A DNA stretch of 64,000 bases from the human T2T-CHM13v2.0 reference genome, Homo sapiens. The position numbers were made by a program, and so were the translations under genes. The notes under the pieces are model-generated. The model was not told the DNA's origin and searched no databases. It saw only the letters and a list, made by a program, of their open reading frames with translations. Positions 45,848 through 59,900 of the stretch are shown in pieces. How positions within the stretch are numbered: position 1 is the first letter of the stretch; every line of letters starts with the position of its first letter. The stretch lies in NCBI RefSeq assembly GCF_009914755.1, contig NC_060928.1; one strand, given 5' to 3'.

Positions 45848-46579
45848 TCATACATACTTTTAATTGTAGAATATTTGTCTTTGAATGGCTGATCACAAAG
45901 AAACAGAGAAAATCATAATATTTTTGAGGCATTGTGTTCACAAAAGACCCAATTCTACCCTACATTTAACTGTTATCCCACCCATGAGTTAGAATGTACT
46001 GCTTACTCCTTTTCTTTTATCTGAGTGTATGTTCTGAGTGTATGTTTCTTTTATCTGCGTGTATGTTCTAATAAGATAGGGACACTGTTATTCTCAACCC
46101 GTATTCTTGAAATACTAAATGGAAAGCAGTGTTCAGTGATATGAGAAAAGATATATCAGGCAGAAATATTGTTTTCAATTAGCTTACAACACACCACTTA
46201 AGTAGAATATAATACATAAGTAATTGGTGAGCTTAAGGAATATTAATTAAGGGCACAAATAAATATGTTTGAATAAATGGAAATGATTTTATATGTAAGA
46301 CATGTTTAGAAATCCCTTCTATATTTTTACTTATATATTAATATTTGTACTATATTATATCCATGCACATAGATATAAAATGTATATTTTACATGCATAT
46401 ACAAAAATCTCATAGATTAAAAGGTAAGTATGAACACATTAATAACATGTTAATGTGCAATATGCACGTAACACCTCACTGTGGCTATAAATCTTTTACA
46501 CTTTAATTTTACTCTGTGATACTCAACATATTCTAGTTCCTGTCAAGCCTTCAGGGTAAGGTTTATATTAGTGTGTAGC

Positions 46580-46727
46580 CCAGTGCTTTTCAAATTTTAG
46601 AGTGCACTGGATTTCCTAGGGGTATATGACAGTATATACAAAATCATTTTCAGAAATATTGGTTCAGTGGGTCTACAGCAAGGAGCAGCATTCTGTAATT
46701 TTAACAGGTAACTTTTGAGAAATGCTG
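46580..46727. mobile_element. MER5-type DNA transposon remnant
   Basis: CAGTGCTTTTCAAATTTTAGAGTGCACTGGATTTCCTAGGG...TTCAGTGGGTCT...TTTGAGAAATGCTG with terminal inverted repeats. Confidence 0.55.
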
Positions 46728-49260
46728 AATTAGTTTTCAGAATACTTCAATTGCAGATACGCTTGGATAGAACTCATTTCACTGATTTGCATTAAAGGAA
46801 CAAATCTAGCCTATTATTTTGTGAGAATAGAAAAAAATGAATAAGTTATTTCTTTGTTCTTTACTTAATGTAGAATGCCATTATGCATTACTCCTGTCTG
46901 TATTTCTATAGTAAGTTCCTTAGAGGACAGAGTACATCTACCTTTAAACTTAGTTACTGCTGATTTCCTAGGTGACAGTGAAATAAGATTTCTGAAAAAG
47001 GGATTATAGACTAAGATTCGTTCATCTAATTCACATTTAGAGTGAAACTTTTCATATTTAATTTTCTATATTTTTCCAATCTTGGTCAAATACCTCAAAA
47101 GATATTCTTGCCCTTGAATTTTTTTTTTTTTTTTTGGAAGTTCAGTGTTAAGGCTAAAAAATGACCTCAACGATTTCTCTTGATACTTTCCATTCTCTTA
47201 ATTCCATCCCATTACTCCTTGGTATGCCTTCTTGCACTATGGTAAAGTATTCCTCATCTGTCTCTAATATTTACACATGTCAAATACAGATGCATTATTC
47301 TAAATTGAAATGAGTACCGTGGCAGCAGTAAACATGAGAGCGATGTAACAATGAAATAAATAGAGCCTAGCTAAGCATATACAAGGATTTACAAACTGCT
47401 GCAACAAAGATTAAAAGTCACTCTGACAAGAGCATTAGAAAGTCTTTGCCTGACCTTTAGTTAATGAGTGATCATGTTTCAGCACAAGCACTTTATGGCA
47501 GTAGCGAGTATCTAGCAAATCATTATTATTTATCTCCCATGCTATTATAAAGAATGCAATCATAGCTATTTGGATTAATTCATATTTATGAAACTAGTCT
47601 AACATATTGTATTACAAGTAAAAGAAAAATGTTCACTCCTTTCCTTGTATCTCCTACTCTATCCTATGTTATTTAAAAATTTATAGATAAGCGAATGTAC
47701 CTGGAAACTCTCCCATACTTTCTTGGTTTCTTTTTTATTTAAATATGTGAAAATGTGTGACTTGATACAGGAATACATATACCCTTTTAATTTTAGGCCA
47801 TCTACATTTGCCCAAAATACAAACCCATAATGTAATGTTATATATATATATTCATTTTCCCATTCAAATATATGATGAAATAGAGATTACATGAGAAATA
47901 TGCTTACTTAATAGCAAACTTTTTTTCAATATAATGAAGGATATTTCAAGTAATTTCTCAGAATTTCTTGGGTCCTTAACTACAAATTGGAAACTCAATT
48001 AGTACCAGTCCCAAAGATTTGCTAGCTGTTTTAAACAGCAAAACTAAACTAAAATTTAATTGTCTATCCCAAAAAACAGAAAGTATAGGTGATATTTTTA
48101 CAGAGATGAAATAGTGCCTTTTTGGTTCCATGATTTTTTTTCCTTTTTTTCTTAGTAACAGAATTCCAATTATATCCAGCCAAGCAATGTCAAACTACAA
48201 TATCAAAGAGATGTTGACTGCAATAGTTAGGTGAGATTTTTAAATGGCTCTTTAAAGAGCAGAGATTTTTAAGAATAAAACCTTTAGAAGGTTTTCCCAC
48301 CTTCTTTTATAAGCAATTATAAAATACTTTTCAGTTACTAATCTTTACCTACCATTTTTTTCCTAAAGTCTCACTCCTATAGCAGGGGTCTTCTCCTTCC
48401 TTCTGCTGTTTATCCAGTCTGAGATCATCAGTACACACCTAGATTCTAATCATCTCATTCACTTTCTTATTTTTAATTCTTTATGTTTGCACTCAGCTAT
48501 TAAATTCATATGCTTTCATAATTTCTATCTTTTGTTCAAAATAATTTCTTAACTTTGCTTTGTCATACACAAACTTAAAACTAGCATTTAAGAGCATCCT
48601 CCATTAGATTGTATGATAACTCTCCATTTCTTCTTTCTGTCTCCTAATTGAAGGAAGTGGTTCCTGTGAGAACAGTTTATTCCAAATCCTCTGTTATCCA
48701 TGTCTTTGCATGAAGAAGTGTGCCTTATCTCATTCTGTACTAAGATCCACATAGTGCCCCCTGATTATTTCCCTGTTCAAGGTCGTTGTCTTCCATAGAA
48801 CCCTTCCTTAGCACTCTAGTATACCATGGATTTTCTTTCTCTAAATGTTTATATGTCATATATATCACACTAATCTATTAATGGAAATATTAATTTTATA
48901 TCAATCGTATGCAACTTTTTATTGTTGGGGAATTTAACCTGTTACTTATTGCCTCAAGTACCTCAAAGACAGAAAATATAACCATTTCATACACCTCATA
49001 GCTCACATTCACAACACCCAACATATTTGTATTGGTCTGGTCACTGAGAAAGTTTATCTATCTAAATATATTTTCACCACAACTTTTAAGACTTCTTTAA
49101 AACAGAAACTCACAACTTTCCTCTCCACCATAATATTAATCTGTTAGTTATTATCACAAATTACTCCAATTAACCTTAGTGTTCTACTTGACCTTGTGAA
49201 CATAAGCTAACTGTTTTCCTCAAACATTCTAGAGTCCCATGTTAACTGGGGAACATGCAG

Positions 49261-49261
49261 A

Positions 49262-49296
<35 letters not shown>
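49261..49296. repeat. (CA)n microsatellite
   Basis: Read directly. Confidence 0.95.
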
Positions 49297-51129
49297 GACA
49301 AATTAAAATGCATAATAATTTAAAAATAAACATTTGAGAAAACATTTTCCACTCCATTAATATCTTTTAACCTACTCACAACCATTTATGAAACACATAC
49401 TTAATGTAAGCCAGACAAATTAAAATTCTTTCATAGGTTTTTCTAATTTAAGGTAGTATGGAGTCTTCATTTATTTCTTGGTCAGAAGTTATGCATATTA
49501 CCCAAAACACAGCAGTTGTTAATTCCTCCCATACCATAAAAAAGGGGAACAGAAGGAAAAGTACCAGAAATAAATTAATTCTTTGCTCTGGAACCTGGGC
49601 TACATAGGATTCTCTTGATTCTTGAAATTTTTATTTCAATTCTTTTAGTTAGTTATTATAGTGTATTAATAGTAAATTCCTTCTTACATTAAGTCGAACA
49701 GAATTTCTAATAAAGGCAGCTTAGAGGGTTCTAATTAATTTAAGATCCATATAAGTTAAGGGTTTTGATGCTTAAATATTATCTCACACTGCATGTGATG
49801 TATTTACTAACCATTCCTTCCAATGATGGAACAACATCAGGGCAGTGGGAATGGTTTGTACAAGGTGTCGGTGAAAGAAGGGGTTGCATTGTCTGTAGAG
49901 AAATATTATCAATAATAAAATCAATTCTTTGTCAGGCTACTTTGTTTAGTTTTTTTGTGCTGATAATCATAACATTACTAATTATAAATTATTTCCTGAA
50001 AGAAATAACTTTTGATAGATCATCTTCTAAGAAAACTGTTGCAGTTATTGCTGATCGTGTGTGTGTGTGTGTGTGTATAATTAAACTTTTAATTAGTCCA
50101 TTGTGTTACTTATACTTTAGTAAAAGTCATATTCCATGTGATATTAGTTTGGAGAACTCCCACTAATACAGTGAGCTCCCAACATACCAAGCTTAGCTAC
50201 ATGAGTCTCCTCAGAGAATTAGTTCATAATAGTCAGAATTATATTCCTGCATTTAAATAGTAAATTGGATATAAACAACAATAACATCGGAACTGTAAAT
50301 ATGAGGAAGCAGAACTTTAATTACTTCAATTAAATCATTATATGTGCATAGCATCCTTAAACCTTGTAGAATGCAATCTTTGGAAGTGTTTGGCATTTGT
50401 ATTTAAGTCCTTTTTATAAAAACACATTAATGTAATAATACATATTAACATGTTACTTCTTCCTATAACCTCTAGTAAAAGATTTCTTTACTTTTAATTA
50501 TATATATTTCTTAACTTCTAAAATTGTTTATTCATTTTATTTTTACTTGCATTTTTACTTACAACTTCAATAAAAAAAGTCCATAGCTATTATTTGTCTT
50601 ATTTCATGATTATTATTAAAGAATCTGGTTAAAAATGATCTAGTAACAATTGTCCTGCTCTTCCTTCCCTAAGAAACTCAAGTTATGGAGTGGGGATGGT
50701 AGAAAGGGTTTATATATATGAATGATATATTTTTCTTTACAATGTATAGACATATATTAAGTAAGATAAAAGTGTGTTGTTGCTGATGAAACACAAATTT
50801 TATTATTTTTCTCTTAAATTTCTTACTGAGTCAGTAAAATTCTAATATTTCAATATTTTATAGCTAACTACTATTTTCAAAATGGCATGGGTATTTGTTC
50901 TCATTTCTATCTCCTTTATTTCTATTTTCTATAAGTTGCTTCTACAAAAGCTTTTAAAAAAGGAAAAATGGCCACCAGCACCTGTCTTGTTTTGAGAGGC
51001 AAGATCTTATCACTGACAGCTAATCAATAAAAACAAATGAAAAGTAATAACGTCAGACTTGAGAAGTAAGGTTTTTATTCCTAGCCTGAAGCAAGGGTTC
51101 ACCAATATGCTAAAATCAATCAATCTTTC

Positions 51130-51540
51130 CTTCAGACCGAACCTAAATCCTAATCGTTAAATCTTTAAAAGTGCCATATGCAGAGCACCCTGCTGCTTGC
51201 ACTCAGAGTACAAAATAGAACAGACTGTCACTGCTGTTGTTTTCCCCCTCGGGCCCTCATAACCAAGACAGATCACCGCGCAGGATAACAACTGACCCCG
51301 AGAGTAGAGGGAGCAAAGCATCCGCACAACTTTTCTTGCTAAGCAGATTATAAGCAACCCCCTTGCACCCACTGTGATGAAAGTCATTCCGAGCATTCTG
51401 AGAAGCAGGCAGTAAGTTGACTAAATGCAAAGCTGGATGGTGATCAAATACGCTGCAAGTAATGGTCAAAGGGCTGGGAGGGGGCTTGCATATGCGTCAT
51501 AATCTATCACCAATAGGATAGAAAGCAGAATGCCTGTCTT
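51130..51540. promoter_or_regulatory. Candidate promoter/enhancer (unique, CpG-enriched)
   Basis: About 10 CpGs in about 370 bp of non-repeat DNA in a CpG-poor window; GGGAGGGG at about 51476, TGCGTCAT at about 51493, CCAAT at 51510. Confidence 0.4.
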
Positions 51541-52046
51541 TGCTGGAAATTGTGTATTTCATCAACCAAGAGAAAATAAGTCATAAAAGCTACCAAATAA
51601 TGTTTTCAATTTCTTTTGTATACGCAGCTTGCATAATTTGATTTTTTCAAATGTTGGGAAACCATTATTCTCTTCATGTATCTTAATTCTGCTTAATCAT
51701 GAATAGTCCCTGAACTTTGTCCTTAAGTAGACTGTCACAGAATTTTCCTAATAATCCAACACAGTTAATTAGAATATCAATGAACCTGAAAAAGGTGAGA
51801 GTGTGCACTATAAAATAAGATATTTGGCAAAATTAACAAGACATAGATTCTTATAAGAGCTCCACAAATACTTTATTCAGCGTGGGAAAACTAAATGAAG
51901 ACCCTGCATGGAAAGAGAGTCCAGAACTATATTTACCTCACTTCTAACACTTCCATGTGGTCAACATTACCTCTCTGACACCAGGCTACATGTCACTTTC
52001 CTGAATTTAGAATACATAGAATAGATTCTGAGAATTAGAGAGTATT

Positions 52047-52212
52047 GGATTACTGGAGCACACCACCATAGCTGGGTAATTTTTGTATTTTTTGTAGAGA
52101 CAGGGTTTCACCATATTGCCCAGGCTGGTCTCAAACTCCTGGACTCAAGCAATCTGCCTGCCTCAGCCTCGAAAAGTGCTGGGATTAGAGGTGTGAGCCA
52201 TCATGCCAGGCC
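52047..52212 (-). mobile_element. AluJ-like left arm plus linker; right arm and tail missing
   Basis: TTTTTGTAGAGACAGGGTTTCACCATATTGCCCAGGCTGGTCTCAAACTCCTGGACTCAAGCAATC...GAGCCATCATGCCAGGCC. Confidence 0.85.
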
Positions 52213-52238
52213 CTGATTTTATTATGCCTTTATTATGA

Positions 52239-52927
<689 letters not shown>

Positions 52928-53004
52928 AAGTTTCATTTTTAATAGTTACCTGCAATCAAACAGACCTAAATTTATTATCTAGATTGTTAGCTCAATCCCT
53001 AAAT

Positions 53005-53082
53005 CCCTCCCTCCTTCCCTCCCTCCCTTCTTCCTCCCTTCCTCCCTCCCTCCTTCCCTCCTTGCCTCCCTTCCTTCTTTCC
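53005..53082. repeat. (CCCT/CCTT)n polypyrimidine low-complexity tract
   Basis: Read directly. Confidence 0.9.
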
Positions 53083-53109
53083 TAGCTAATTTATCCACGT
53101 ATTTCTAGT

Positions 53110-53521
53110 TTGTACAGAAAGACAAAGTGCTCACATTGACCTATTACTTACCATTGATTCTACTTGATTAAACTTTGCTCAGGTTTTTCTCCTCCTTCTA
53201 GGCTCCCGAACTTTGGCTCACCCCCAAGCTTAAGTACCTAGGTAGATGCCTAAGACCCTTCCTTAAAGGCTTATTCCAAGAATCAGTTGACTAGGGGGGA
53301 AAGTTTTTGTTAACCATAGTTATGCCACCTGCTCAACTCTACCTGCTCATTCCACTCCCCCACTAGTTCCTGCTAGTCCTCCGTTATACTTCCCTATGAA
53401 AGAAAAGCCTTTGCTTTCTGTTTAATCTTGAGACATCTATAGACCTTATAATTGTTCTCCCTGTTGTAATAAACATTTGGAATAGTCTCTGTTTACGTCT
53501 AGATTTGTTGTTTATTTGACA
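53110..53521 (+). mobile_element. Old ERV1-class LTR (MER31/MER67-like)
   Basis: CTTGATTAAACTTTGCTCAGG...CCCTATGAAAGAAAAGCCTTT...TCTCCCTGTTGTAATAAA...TTTATTTGACA terminus. Confidence 0.5.
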
Positions 53522-56499
53522 GTAATAAATATCAAAAGCTATATTTTCAAAAAGAAAGCTTATTTTAAAGGAGTCGTTCTTACCCAATAAGGACCATCTT
53601 CTACCTTCATCCCTTTTCATATTCCTATAGTATGAGTTTTGCATTTTCAGTTTACTAAAACTGCTCTCTTCAAGCTCCTAGAAGGCTGTCTCAGAAACTT
53701 ATTCTCTATCCCCAAACTGCTTGAACTCTTCCTATATGTCTATGCTTTAGCCAACCTTTTTTATAATATATATCTTAGCTTTCATAAGGATAATATTTCT
53801 CTTTCTTTCTTGTAGATATATCTAAAAATATAGTATACCAAGACATTCAATCTTCATTCATCTCTGTGTCTCTTCTACTAAGAGTTTTCTAATTTTTGTA
53901 ATTGATTGTATTTCTTCTTTTTCATAGATAAATCATAATTGTTTTTCATCTAGTGTTTCCATCTAAGAAGTATTTATTTTTTGATACTTCCCTGGGATAT
54001 CAAATTGATAGCCTGATATCTTGGTAGATAAACACATAGTGTATATGCGGATTCTCATTCCAAAGTTTCAACCATTTAAGTAACAATGATGATAGTTGCA
54101 TAAAAATAAGTTAACATACGCAAACTGCTGAATGAACTTAAGTAATTTACAGTAAGAAATTGCTCAAAATCCCTTCTGAAAGCTCATAATTTTTACGATG
54201 AGGTGATGAATTTGTTATGAATTATATATACACAATCTCATCTTTTCCTTGAAGTAACTAACAACATGAATTTTAAAAGGGATTATCATAGTTAAGGATA
54301 CGGTTTATGATAATAATTTTGTCTCTGTACACTGTTAACTGAAACTCACATGGTCTGCTTTTTTAAAGGAGTTAATCAGTGACTAGAAAAGTAAGAAAAC
54401 AATTTTTGCTAAGTTTTCTCATGAGCTTAACCATGATGCATGAATACGGCTGCAAAGCAGGTGTTTAAAACAGAGATGACAGTTAACATGTATTATACAA
54501 GGTGCGCTCCTGAAAACAAATTGCAAAGATCAGCTAATGAAATGAGGCAATAGTGAAAAAGAAATATAGACAAAACAAGAGTCTAATACTTATATCTAAC
54601 ATAGTATAATTTTAGTGAACATTGTCAAATAGTAAAAAGTGGATAATTTTATTTTGTTAAAAAATGGCAAAAATAAGAATAATATTGTGGTCATATATCT
54701 GTGCACTGAGATACAAAGTAGAAAAATTAAAATGAGTAATTGATAAGTTAGACATTCTAGAATGAGATAGTCACATATATTTTCACTTAAAAATACCATG
54801 TATTAAACCTCTGAGGCATAAAATATAAAATTTTTAAAATCTGTACAAATTTATTTTACTCATTATACCCTTCCTATTCACCCTTTATTTCTACTTCTAT
54901 TTATCCTCTCTTTCACCAGCCAAATATCCTGAAACATCAACTTATATTTTAGATTTTCACTTTCTTATTTCATATTCACTTCTTAATCATTATAAAATTT
55001 TCATGGTTGTCTCCTTTTCCTTTTTTAAAACTTTATTCATAACTCCATATCTCTATTACCCCCTTCAGCAACGATGCTTCCAATATATAACTTCTCTTCA
55101 GACCTCTCTATTAAGTGTCTAAAGTACATTTTCAGTTTAGAAAACTACTAATTAAAAATCTTACACAAATCCAGATATAACTGAACATCCTAACCATCAT
55201 TTTTCCTTCACTTCTGTTCTATGGTTTATTCGGTTTCCTAAGTCATTATTTGGAGTCATTACTACTATTTCCTCTCCTACTCTTCTCATATTCCATTAAT
55301 CATGAGGCCCCATTTTCACTTTTCACTGTCTCCAGTTTCCTTTCCTCCATTCATCCTATTATTCTTGTTTTAATCCATGACCACAACTTCCTTTCTTCTA
55401 GACTTTGCATAAATTCAGCCTCTGCTATCACATTAATGTTTCTTAAAAGCATAATGACCACATCATCATTTGATGCTTAAAATCCTTATCTGCCTACATT
55501 GTCATTATGAGCCTTGAGGATGAGATTATATATTTTTATTGTTTATGATTTTGCACACTGAATAAAATGTAACAATTGCTTAATAATCTTTTTTCTTCTT
55601 TTTAGTAACATTACCATAATCTTATTGGTACTCACAGTCCAGTTAAAATAGGGGACAATTAGAACCCATATACAAAGATTCAGGTTTTCACAGGGCAGGC
55701 ATTTCCAGTAAAGGCAAGAATTTTTCAGTAGCAGGAATATTTGCTTGGTGGATAAATTACTGCAAAAATTCCAAGAGAGAGAAATATTAATATTTGGAAG
55801 ATATGGGCCTCTGCCAAATGTAAGGAAGATAATACAAATTAGGTAGAAGAAACCGCAATCTGTCCTGTTATCTGAACAGTTATGTGGGTAATTTTGTATT
55901 TCTACTGCAAGTAATTCACCTTTTCATTTATTTAATAAATACTTATTTTTATTATTTCTCAGTCACTATTCTAAGGATGAAAATTCATTAAGGAAACAGT
56001 ATACAAATATACAAACATCTCTATACTCTTGGAGATTTCATACTTCAGTGGAAGGAGGAAGATATTTGAGTAAAGAGTAGAGGATTTAATGGAGTAGAAC
56101 CATAGAATATTGGGGTAGGGTGAGGTAGGGAAGATCACCCAAACTAGAGGGAATAGAAAAAACGTCAAGTAGCAGTGTGCCTGGTATGCAATGACTAGAG
56201 AGACCAGTGAGGATGGAGAAATAGGAAAGTAAAAATAACTTGCTTAGTATTAGATCTTTTGGATTAAAACCTCAGAATACAGGACCTCAAGATCATTGAC
56301 TTGGAAATGTAGATACTTAGATGCTTCTCCTTTCAGGCCCTTTGTCCTGGGATATAATTGGAAATGTTCTAAAGAATCAACTGTTATGATTTTAAAAGAA
56401 AATAACACCAAAAGAACTAAATGCAAACATTAGATGTGAGGATTATAATGCAGGAATTTGTCTTGTTGGAAGGGAGGAGTTTGTTGTTAGAATACTGTA

Positions 56500-56618
56500 G
56501 TGTATGTGTGTGTGTGCATATATATATATATGTATATATATGTATACATATGTATACATATATATGTATATATGTGTGTATATATATAAAATTAGTCATT
56601 TTATATATATATACACAC
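56500..56618. repeat. Compound (TG)/(TA)n microsatellite
   Basis: Read directly. Confidence 0.9.
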
Positions 56619-56967
56619 AGTTTCAGTGATAAATAATTGCAGTTCTGGGAAGAAATAAAATATTAAATTATAAAGGATTTGCTTCACACAGATTTGGAAG
56701 ATACACACGCACACACACATACTACATACACATATATATACATATATAAAATACTGATGAATTTTCATCCTTAGAGTAAAGCTTGAGAAATAATAATATA
56801 TATATACACACACATACACATTATATATATACACATATATAAAATACTGTGGTGTGTGTGTGTGTTTATGTGTGTATCTTCCAAATCTGTGTGAAGCAAA
56901 TCCTTTATAATTTAATATTTTATTTCTTCCCAGAACTGCTTTTTAAAAATTATTTATCATTGAAACT
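56619..56967. repeat. Inverted duplication: 70-bp perfect arms (56639-56708 / 56870-56939), 161-bp spacer, outer 20-bp extension
   Basis: Base-by-base reverse complement checked; the ORF track shows the same peptide CVCIFQICVKQILYNLIFYFFPEL on both strands. Confidence 0.97.
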
Positions 56968-59900
56968 TCCACTAGTAACTCAGAGTAGATATTTTTGGTC
57001 ACATTCTTCTCCTCTCATATATAACTGCTATAGCAGCTTGTCTTATGGATTTGTAATATATACATTTTAAATATAATTCTTAGTTTGGGGAACAGTTAAG
57101 GATACGTGTAGTTAAGCTCACAATGCATATTAAGTAACTTTGGTAACCAAACTATAAAGAGCACACTACTCACTGCTTTCTAAATTGCATTCTCTGCTAA
57201 ACACATAAGCTAATACTCAAAGGCACCGTAAAATGCGTATCTATGTTTAACAGAATACTGTCCTTTTACATAATTGGAGTAGATTTTCACAATGTGCTGT
57301 AAAAAATTCTTATTAGTCAAAATACGTCAAACACTGCCTGTCCTAAGTGTCCAAATTTTGAGCACATTGAGACACTTCTGTGAACAAACAAGATATAATG
57401 ACTAATTTTATTTTCCCCTTATAGATATTATAGAGCATGGAATGAAAATTTTTATGGAAGGGGTGGGTGAATAATAATATTTTGAGAACACTCCCACAGA
57501 AAAGTAAACTGAAGAAAATAGTTGGGTGTTTTACATTAAGCAGTTCATAAACTAGAGACAAACTAAAGGCCACCTTGGAGGTCTAAGTGTCAAGACGGCA
57601 GAAAGGAAAATAAGTTTTATTTATCATTATTCTTATTTTTGCAGACCATGTGTCAGAGGAATTGTCCCTTGCATGACTTTTTCCATTTATGAAAGTTATT
57701 TATATCTATAAGAAAATGTTACTTTTAAAAGTAAGGTAATTTTTTATGTGCTGCTTAAGGAAAGAATGTTGTTTTGGAGAACGGTAGAGAGCTCTCTGGC
57801 TTATCAAGTCTATCATCTTGCATATACCACTGTGGCTCTTGAGATGAGGACACAAATAATAGATATGAGGATTTCAGTGGAACTCTGAAGACAAGGATTA
57901 ACTTCTACCTCCAGCAAAGCAGACAAGAGAACACCAAGGAGACTGATTTTCATATGGATATTTTACCATGCTACACGTAAGTAATCTTGTAGACAATGTC
58001 CTCGCAATTTATCTTTCTTTCCCTCATTTACTGTGAGCTTTGTGACCTGCAGTTTAAAATATTTGCCCTCTTTGGAGATTTATGCTTAGAATGAAATTTT
58101 GTTTTGTCATATCATATGACATTGATTTAAAAAGCCATGTATTTCAAACTTTCTCCTTTTAACATTTCTTATTACAGCATATTTTAAAATGACTCTGCTG
58201 GATCTATATAATATTATGTTGTTCTTACATGGTTTTTGCACATTATTACAAATTAAAGTATATTTTAAAATTGATTCCAGTTCCCAGCGACAGCTCATGT
58301 AATTAAAATTCAAGTTTCTGTAGTACCTATAGCACTGACTTTGTAAAATGTCACATGGGCATCAGCTACTATTTATTAATACTTGTTTTTCAGTTAACAG
58401 TCAGCTGTGACAACAACTTTGATGCCAATGCCAACAGCAGATTATTGTGTATTATCTTATTGACATTGCCAGAATTTGGTATTCCTGTGTATATATATTT
58501 GGCTTATGACTGCGCATATTTGTGGAGGTCATTTTGTACAAATTTTATTTGAAAAGATTCCGTCTTAGTATGAGTAGGCAGTTTCAAATTTCCACACCTC
58601 ATAAATCATTCATACACTCACGTCTTGTCCATTTCTGTTGTATTTATTTAGCACCGTGATGCGGTGGTCAGCATTATTGAAAGGACAAAGGTTCTTTGTC
58701 ATAAGGGAGACAAGTCCTGGAATGAAAGTTTGTAATCATAATGTTGGAGCTTCTTCAAAAGTAGAGATTAATTCAAATGACTTCATTGTCAGGAAAGTTA
58801 TTATTATGAACACTAAATTCCATTTGTGACTGGACTTAACATCAGAAAAAGGTGATGATCAAAATAGCATTCTGTTAATTTTTATTCCTAATTAATCTTG
58901 TATTAGCAAGCTTTTGTACTAGTAAAAATCAAGCTAAGCCACAGTAATAAAAATCACTAAATAATACGTGCTAATTTTTCATACTAAATATGTTGTATCC
59001 GTTTTGAAAGACATTGTTTTATTTTTCCAGAAGCACAGTTGCCCATAGAATGTTGAACAGTACCTCAATGAATGAATTTGATTTAGGTTAAGGTTAAAAT
59101 CTTTATCGATGCTTAGCAATGAGGCATCATCAAAAGTTCTTTTAAAACATGCTAAGAAACATTATGGCCATTTAAAAGAAAAAGAAGTCTTTTTTCTATA
59201 AAGAATGTATATCACATTGATTTCCAAATCACATAGAGTAGTTATTAGATAGGCGCGATGCATGATGCTCTGTCTACCCTTCTTATTGTAATAAATATAT
59301 CAAATTTTAAACCACTTTTTGTGGGATCTTATCAAAAGAATGCTAATAATGTGGAATGGCTCAATCAAAGACTTCATGCAGTTACTAACTTATAAAAACT
59401 AATTTTTCATTTTTCTCTTTTGGCTGAATATTGATGACAGAATAAACACATTTTACACAAAACAACATATGATATTACCTGTTCCCTAGGCAGTTACTTT
59501 TATAAAGTAACTTCTAAATATAACAATACAAATTGGATTTTAAATAACATCTAATAGCATGGTAAATGATGACATAATTATTTTATTCAAATTATATATT
59601 ATTTATTTTATTATTAGAAGCATAATTATTTTTAATTTTAAAAAGTCACAACTTACATAAAAGGTTTTTTCAGAACTCCTTCATTGAATTTACCTTAGAC
59701 AATAAAAAAATACATTAAAACCTACACAATTAAATACATATTAAAACATACTTTTTTAAACATCTGGATATAGAATAGTTTGCATGAACTTTTCCTTTCT
59801 GTTAAAACACTGATATCGTTATACTAAACAATAAAGTAAATGAAGATAGTTCCAAATACAACTCTAATGTAATATTAATATTTATATTTGATTTACACAT

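Noticed and set aside
49820-49960. Possible hAT-type DNA transposon fragment (GGGTTGCATTGTCTGTAGAGAA)
   Set aside because: Resembles a recalled MER-type consensus but I cannot name or delimit it reliably; the overlapping 133-aa ORF is not credible
56601-57070. Two ORFs on opposite strands sharing an identical peptide (apparent gene pair)
   Set aside because: A by-product of the inverted duplication and microsatellite translation
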